In this document: in pieces, positions 57,845 through 64,000 of the stretch
Position numbering within the stretch: position 1 is the stretch's first letter
Layout of the letters: every line of letters begins with the position of its first letter
Assembly (NCBI GenBank): GCA_012295275.1
Contig: CM022666.1
Coordinates: 16,058,001-16,122,000 of the forward strand
Source of the DNA: Chrysomallon squamiferum
Taxonomy: Eukaryota; Animalia; Mollusca
DNA length: 64,000 nucleotides
Direction of reading: 5' to 3'
Program-made: the position numbers and the translations under genes
The notes under the pieces: generated by a model
What the model was told of the DNA's origin: nothing
Seen by the model: only the letters and a program-made list of their open reading frames with translations
Databases searched by the model: none

Positions 57845-57883
<39 letters not shown>

Positions 57884-58929
57884 GCGAGTGTAAATGAATA
57901 TAAATACCTCAGATGTATATGCTGAGAGATAAATAAGTATGTGACATAATACCCAGTATTCTCAGTTTAATGATGATTTTATTTATTTATTTATTTATTT
58001 ATTTTAATCATCTAAAAAAAACATAACTTCATTTACAAGTGAAGAAAGGTGACAGAGCAGGGTTTCCTGCGTGTTGCTTATTTTTATTTATTTATTTTCT
58101 TACTTACTTACTAACTTACATGTTTGTTTCAACTGTTTACGTTCAGTTTCCCTGGTGACGGTGACATTTATAACTTATGCTTCATCAGATTTCAGTTCCA
58201 TGAAAATACTTATTTGTTTTTTCTCTGTTTGTTTTCAGTGATGTATTTTTTATGCTAAGCTAGAGTAGATCAGATGAATAGATTTCGTGTAGATTAGATG
58301 TGACTTTTTATCACGACTGTCTCTGGCTAGGTAAATTATTGTTATTGTTGTTGTTGTTGCTGTTGCTGCTGTTGTTAGTGTTATTATTGTTATTATTATT
58401 ATTATGATTATTATGATCATTATTATTATTATTATTATTGCTATTATCATCATCATCATTATTATTATTATTATTATTATGATTATTATTGTTATTATTA
58501 TTATTATTATTATTATGATTATTATGATTATGATTATTATTGTTATTATGATTATTATGAAAACGCGACACTTATACTGCTATAACTGTATTTGTAATAT
58601 ACACAGTTTATTGTTTTGACCACTGAGAAGTTTTTCTACCCCGAACACACCTGAGATTCCTGGTGAGCGAGTATACAACACATGCTGGATCACTGGCTCA
58701 GTCTACTAATCACACACTAACCCATCGCGTACTTGCAGCTCAGTGAACCAAAGTCGCCATATGTCAGCCGCGGAGAGTCGACCTCGCAACCTTTACGTCC
58801 GTAAATAAATTCAGTCGTAAGTTGTTTGGCTTAGAGAACCAGACTTTGCAGTACTGAGAACGAGGTCAGAGGTGCAGTGTTCTGTTGACGTGATTCAGTT
58901 TTCAATCGAAATAAAAAAATAATAAGCTT

Positions 58930-59102
58930 GTTCTGGTTAAAGCAACGTTCAGAAGATGATTTAACAAAGGTCGTGGTATGCACTGTCCTGATAGTTTAAA
59001 GTATAACGGGTAGTGACCAGTTTCCTTTTACGATCTATCTAAGATCCCGAACTTCGTGAAACGTGTTTTAAAACGTGTTGTGTTAGCGTCGTTAAATAAA
59101 AC
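58930..59102 (+). mobile_element. Degraded SINE (central domain plus 3' tail)
   Basis: AACAAAGGTCGTGGTATGCACTGTCCTG (58963-58990) and the tail GTGTTGTGTTAGCGTCGTTAAATAAAAC resemble gastropod tRNA-derived SINEs as I recall them. There is also internal similarity to 24781-24825 (inverted). Confidence 0.6.
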
Positions 59103-59466
59103 GTTGTTTTACATCGAGTGCAGTAAACACAACTGTCGTGCCGGTAATTGTAACCTAGTTACGAGTTGGAGGACATCACAGTAAGAAAAGACTCGTAAAA
59201 AACGATAACAAAACCATAAACCTACTTCGGCAATTGTCGGTCGGAAAACTCCGGAAACGTATTCGTGTGTTTGGACTTACAAAGCACTCGAGTTTTTTTT
59301 TTTTTTTTTTTTTTCTTTACCCATCGCTCTCTCTCGTTATTCGATATCTGAGAACTGTTTTTACTTCTTCTTTCTGTCTTTATATTTTTAAAATTATCTT
59401 TTTTCTCAAACCCATTGTTAAAGATGTAGTATTTCTTTCTCCTTGTTCTTATTTGTTTCTTATTAT

Positions 59467-59503
<37 letters not shown>

Positions 59504-59619
59504 TGTGTGTGTGTATATGTGTGTTAATAAAATTATTTTACATTTCAAATATCAAACTACATATTTTACTACTGTTGGTAAATCACTGATACTTTTAAAA
59601 ACACCAGTTATATAACAAT

Positions 59620-59920
59620 CAATGTACTTATTTTTAATACTAACTATTTAACAATCAGATTTACGTATTTTTCATATCAGCTACGTAACCATCAAATTTA
59701 CGTACTTTAATACTAAAACGTAACCAGATTTACGTATTTTTAATATTGACTGTGTAACCATCATATTTACGTCTTTTTGTTATTATTTACTTAACCATTA
59801 GACTTACGTATTTTTATTATTAATGATGTAACCTTCGAATAATGAAAATAACTACATAGATATTAGATTTAAATAACTTTAACTTTGTAACCATCATATT
59901 TACGTATTTTTGATATTAGT
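59620..59920. repeat. Decayed ~36-bp tandem array
   Basis: GTAACCATCAnATTTACGTATTTT-type anchors at ~59656, 59693, 59726, 59762, 59799 and 59894. Confidence 0.75.
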
Positions 59921-61525
59921 TATCGAATGAATCTTACAAACATTACACAAATATATTTAAATCAAAGTTGGTTGCTTGTTTCAATTGATGTTTTGAGCAT
60001 TAACGTAACCAGTACATGTTTTATATCACGTATTTACAAATTACATAATTTACATCTTTTTATTTGAAAACATTTCAGTAATTGCTTTTCAAATTATTAC
60101 ACACGTATTTGGGAATTCAAATGCAAATATAATCATTAAAAAAAAAAATAATAAAAAAAAATAAATGTGATTGCACTTTTATATATTTTGATTTACATTT
60201 AGAAACATTTTTAATATTTTTTAATTTTTTTTTAAAAAAAAAAAAAAAAAATCAAAGAAACCTTTCTCTAATATTAACCTGTTACAAAAGCAGATAAATT
60301 TAAAAATAAGTAAACCGTTATTTCATACAGTGTCAAATATAAATTATATGCTTACTTGTTTAAATAAATATATTTTAATATTATTTTTTGACTATTATTA
60401 TGTTTAATTTATTATTCTAAAATTTTTTAAAACGAGGCTCCTTTAAGTTAATGCACTGAACATTTAAATATATTTATGCAATGTTTGTAGAAATTATTAT
60501 TCGATAACATACATAAATACATAGATGCATGCCTATATACATACGTACATACATCCATACTTACATACATATACATACATACATACATACATACAATCAT
60601 TATATATATACTCACATACACATACATTAAATAAATGATTAAAAATAGTAATACTGATGTTACCATGACAACTAATCTTATCAGGTATTAAAACAAAATT
60701 ATAAAAATTTATTTTAATAGTTTTTATATCATTCGTTTTAAAATCAACACATTTAAATTGTATTTGGATACAATATCATATTTTTCATTATAAGCGATAT
60801 TAAAATTAGATATTTTGATAATATATCTAATGCCTGCATTTCTACATTCTGTTGATAAACATTTTAAAATATTAATTATGAAATATAACACTTAAAAACA
60901 AACTTTAATCTTAAGTTTAAAAGTATTATACATATTGTTTACATTACATTCATTAAAAATAATATTACAACAATTTTATAATAATAATAATAACAATAAT
61001 AATAATGATAATAATAATAGTAATAATAATAATGAGGATAATAATAATAATAATAATGACAATAATAATAATAGTAATAATAATGAGGATAATAATAATA
61101 ATACGAGAAATATGAATTTTATAAATATTTTTTTTTTCACTGTTACTTTAAATTTGGTGTTAAATATTGTGATAAATATACACATTTTTTCTTAAACAGA
61201 GTTTTACATTAACTGGTTTTTTTATCTGTTTTATTATTATTTATTATTTTATTTTTTACAGTGTTTTGTCATCTACTTTATTCAGATTTTTATCTTTCAA
61301 GAAATGACTAATTGATTTGGCGAGAAGTAGAGCAGTTTAGTTTATTTTTTATTTTATTTTTTTTACTTTTATAGTATTATTAAACTTTTTAAAATAATAA
61401 ATCAAATGAATAAAGAGACTTTATTTTAATATTATTATTATTTTTTTATGATCTCCTTAGAAATATTTTTAAACATCAAAGTATTAAAAATGATAATAGT
61501 TCTTAATAACAAAATAATAATGATG

Positions 61526-61578
<53 letters not shown>

Positions 61579-61692
61579 TAAAATAAAAAATACAAAATTT
61601 AGTAGATAACATGATTTCTTTACTAATCAACAATTATATATTTATTTATTTATTTATATATTTATTATTATTATTATTGTTATTACTATTAC

Positions 61693-61731
<39 letters not shown>

Positions 61732-62062
61732 GTTTATTATTATTATTATTATTACAAACATCTGCATGATACAAAAACTAAAGTTAAGAAGAAAAGAAAA
61801 TTTCATATATTTATTTTGATGGTTCTGGCAAATGTTAATATTTTAATTTATTTCAGATTTTATATTAACAGAAGAACAGGGGTGATATATATGTTCTAAA
61901 AATAAAACAACGGTCCTTGCAGATATTGTGTCTATGGTAATAAATAAATAAACAAATAAATAAATAAATAAATAGTTAGTGATTACTATTATCAGATCAG
62001 TAAGGAAATAAATGTAAAGAGACTGGCAGAATGAAGTGTACTCAACATCCACAACAACAGCA

Positions 62063-62126
<64 letters not shown>

Positions 62127-62283
62127 GTAGTAGCAGTAGCAGTAGTAGTAGTAATAATAACAATAACAGAACATGAACAACAACAAAAAGGAACAACGAA
62201 TAACAGCAGCAGCAGCTACAACTGCAACACAGTTAACAGTAACAATAATAACAATACTAATATTAAAAACTATAATAACTTCC

Positions 62284-62357
<74 letters not shown>

Positions 62358-62531
62358 ATAATAATAATGATGATGATGGTGGTGATAATAAAATTAATAA
62401 TAATAACAACAGCAACATAAATAAATAAAGACTACTACAGCTATCATTAACAGCTAACAACAATAACGACAACAGCAACAACAGTGGTGACGTACACAGC
62501 TGATTAGTTTTAAAAAGAAAAGACAACTTAC

Positions 62532-62617
62532 AGCCATTTGACGGCAGCACATCTGTCTGCACACAACAACACAACGAGCGCAAGTCTCAGCCATGGGGAA
62601 CAGTTCCAGGCCACCAT
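62532..62617 (-). CDS. Wnt11: Wnt11-like, coding exon 1 (signal peptide)
   Basis: Reads ATG in GACATGG context: MVAWNCSPWLRLALVVLLCADRCAAVKW-CT, then donor GTAAGT (62531-62526). Hydrophobic signal-peptide core. The phase-2 end joins the first G of exon 2 to give VKWL-ALHK (vertebrate WNT11 has IKWL-ALSK). Not in the ORF track. Confidence 0.9.
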
Positions 62618-63005
62618 GTCGAAGTAGTAGTAGTATCCGAGTAATTTCCACAAATGTTCACGTAGCAACGACGTTGTAGTCGTCGTAGAACTTCATTTAG
62701 AAACGTGCATCGACGCAGAAACCAGAGCAACAACAATAACAACACATCTACGGTTTGAAGCGAACAACGAACTTAAGTTTCCAAAGCGAAGAAGAAGAAA
62801 AAGAAGCAGAGCGGAGGCGATTCGAGTCGTGCGCGTAGCAGACGTCACAGTCAGTGTCGTCTGGTTCTCTCGTGCAGTTCGTCTGTCACTGTAAAACATC
62901 CGTGTGTCTCCTCCCTCGCAGGAGGCGGCATTCACGTCGACGTTGACGCTGCAAGAGATTAATAAGGTGGAGTGAACGTCAACGCTTCTCCGGTAGTTTG
63001 GAATT
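62618..63005 (-). other. Probable 5' UTR portion of coding exon 1
   Basis: CpG-rich, non-repetitive block continuous with the start codon. It is bounded upstream by a pyrimidine-rich tract ending TTTCAG (AG at 63007-63006), a plausible acceptor for an upstream non-coding exon. Confidence 0.5.
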
Positions 63006-63101
63006 CTGAAAGTAGTCAAACGCAGGGTGGGATGAAAAATATGAAAATTAAAAAAAATTAAATAATAATAATAATAATAAATAATAATCATAATCATAAT
63101 C

Positions 63102-63132
<31 letters not shown>

Positions 63133-64000
63133 ATTAAAAAAAAATAATAATAATAATCATGAAATAAATAAATAAAATAATAATAATAATAATAATAAAT
63201 TTAAGAAACTAATAAAAAAAAAAATCCATCACCCCCCAAAAAAAAAAAAAAAAATGGCTGTAATTTATAGACTCAATTCAGCATCAAAAACGTATTTCAT
63301 TTTTCACCTAATCAAACGAAGAAAAGAAAATAAAACCGATAATCGCAGTCTGAAAGGTGACACTGTGAGCTGACATATAAAAACTATAAATCCATTTTTG
63401 CCAAATAATTTTAGCACAACTTTATGAATCATCGTGTCTGTGTACTAATATATATGACACGAAGTTAATAGACGTAACACAGCATGCGTTAACGAAATGT
63501 CCTACAAAACATTACCGGGAATTATAAATAAAAAAAAATAAAAAAAACGTATATAATTTCAACAACTTTACCTGTACTAAAGGGCATTTATCACTGGCCT
63601 GGGCACACACATGTGTACACACACATCAGAAATATTCCTCTCTTCAAATAAACTTCAGGCTTAAGAAAACAAGGATTTTTTTTTTTTTGAATCAGTAGTC
63701 TAAGCTGTGCAGTCTTTGTTACTTACGTCTGGCGTAAGACAAATGAATTTTTACCTATCAACACACACATTCACCGCGCGTTAGCAAATCGTAGTAGTAG
63801 CTGAGCGAACGGAAACGTTGTGTGGCGTAGTCGTATTAACTAACGTGTCCTTTTCTCTCTCCGCCACCGCACCTGAGAACTGCCAGAAAACGTGATGCAG
63901 TTAAATGAAGTGGAGGACGATAGCCCGAACGGACTGCTGCAAGTGGCCAGAGGATGAACGCTTACCCCATTAAAGTGTAGTGTGAATGCAAATCTTTTCG

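Overview
Eukaryotic (animal, probably molluscan/gastropod) AT-rich, microsatellite-dense genomic DNA. Almost the whole window is one minus-strand gene, a Wnt11-like ligand. I reconstructed four coding exons by hand: 62617-62532 (signal peptide, missed by the ORF track), 30502-30270, 12333-12050 and 2647-2355. They have canonical GT-AG junctions and matching phases (2/1/0/2), giving 896 nt of uninterrupted frame. The final Cys-rich exon is not in the window and should lie left of base 1. Introns of 32.0, 17.9 and 9.4 kb hold microsatellites, many unrelated decayed minisatellites, old SINE fragments and CpG-rich islands that look like enhancers. Nearly all listed ORFs are microsatellite artefacts. 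Best leads: a candidate recursive splice site in intron 1, microsatellite-built splice acceptors with long AG-free zones, interlocked uORFs in the leader, a frameshifting alternative donor in exon 2, a furin-like basic motif in the protein, and TCF/CSL, CRE and E-box palindrome clusters. No prokaryotic-type system (CRISPR, operon, IS) is present.
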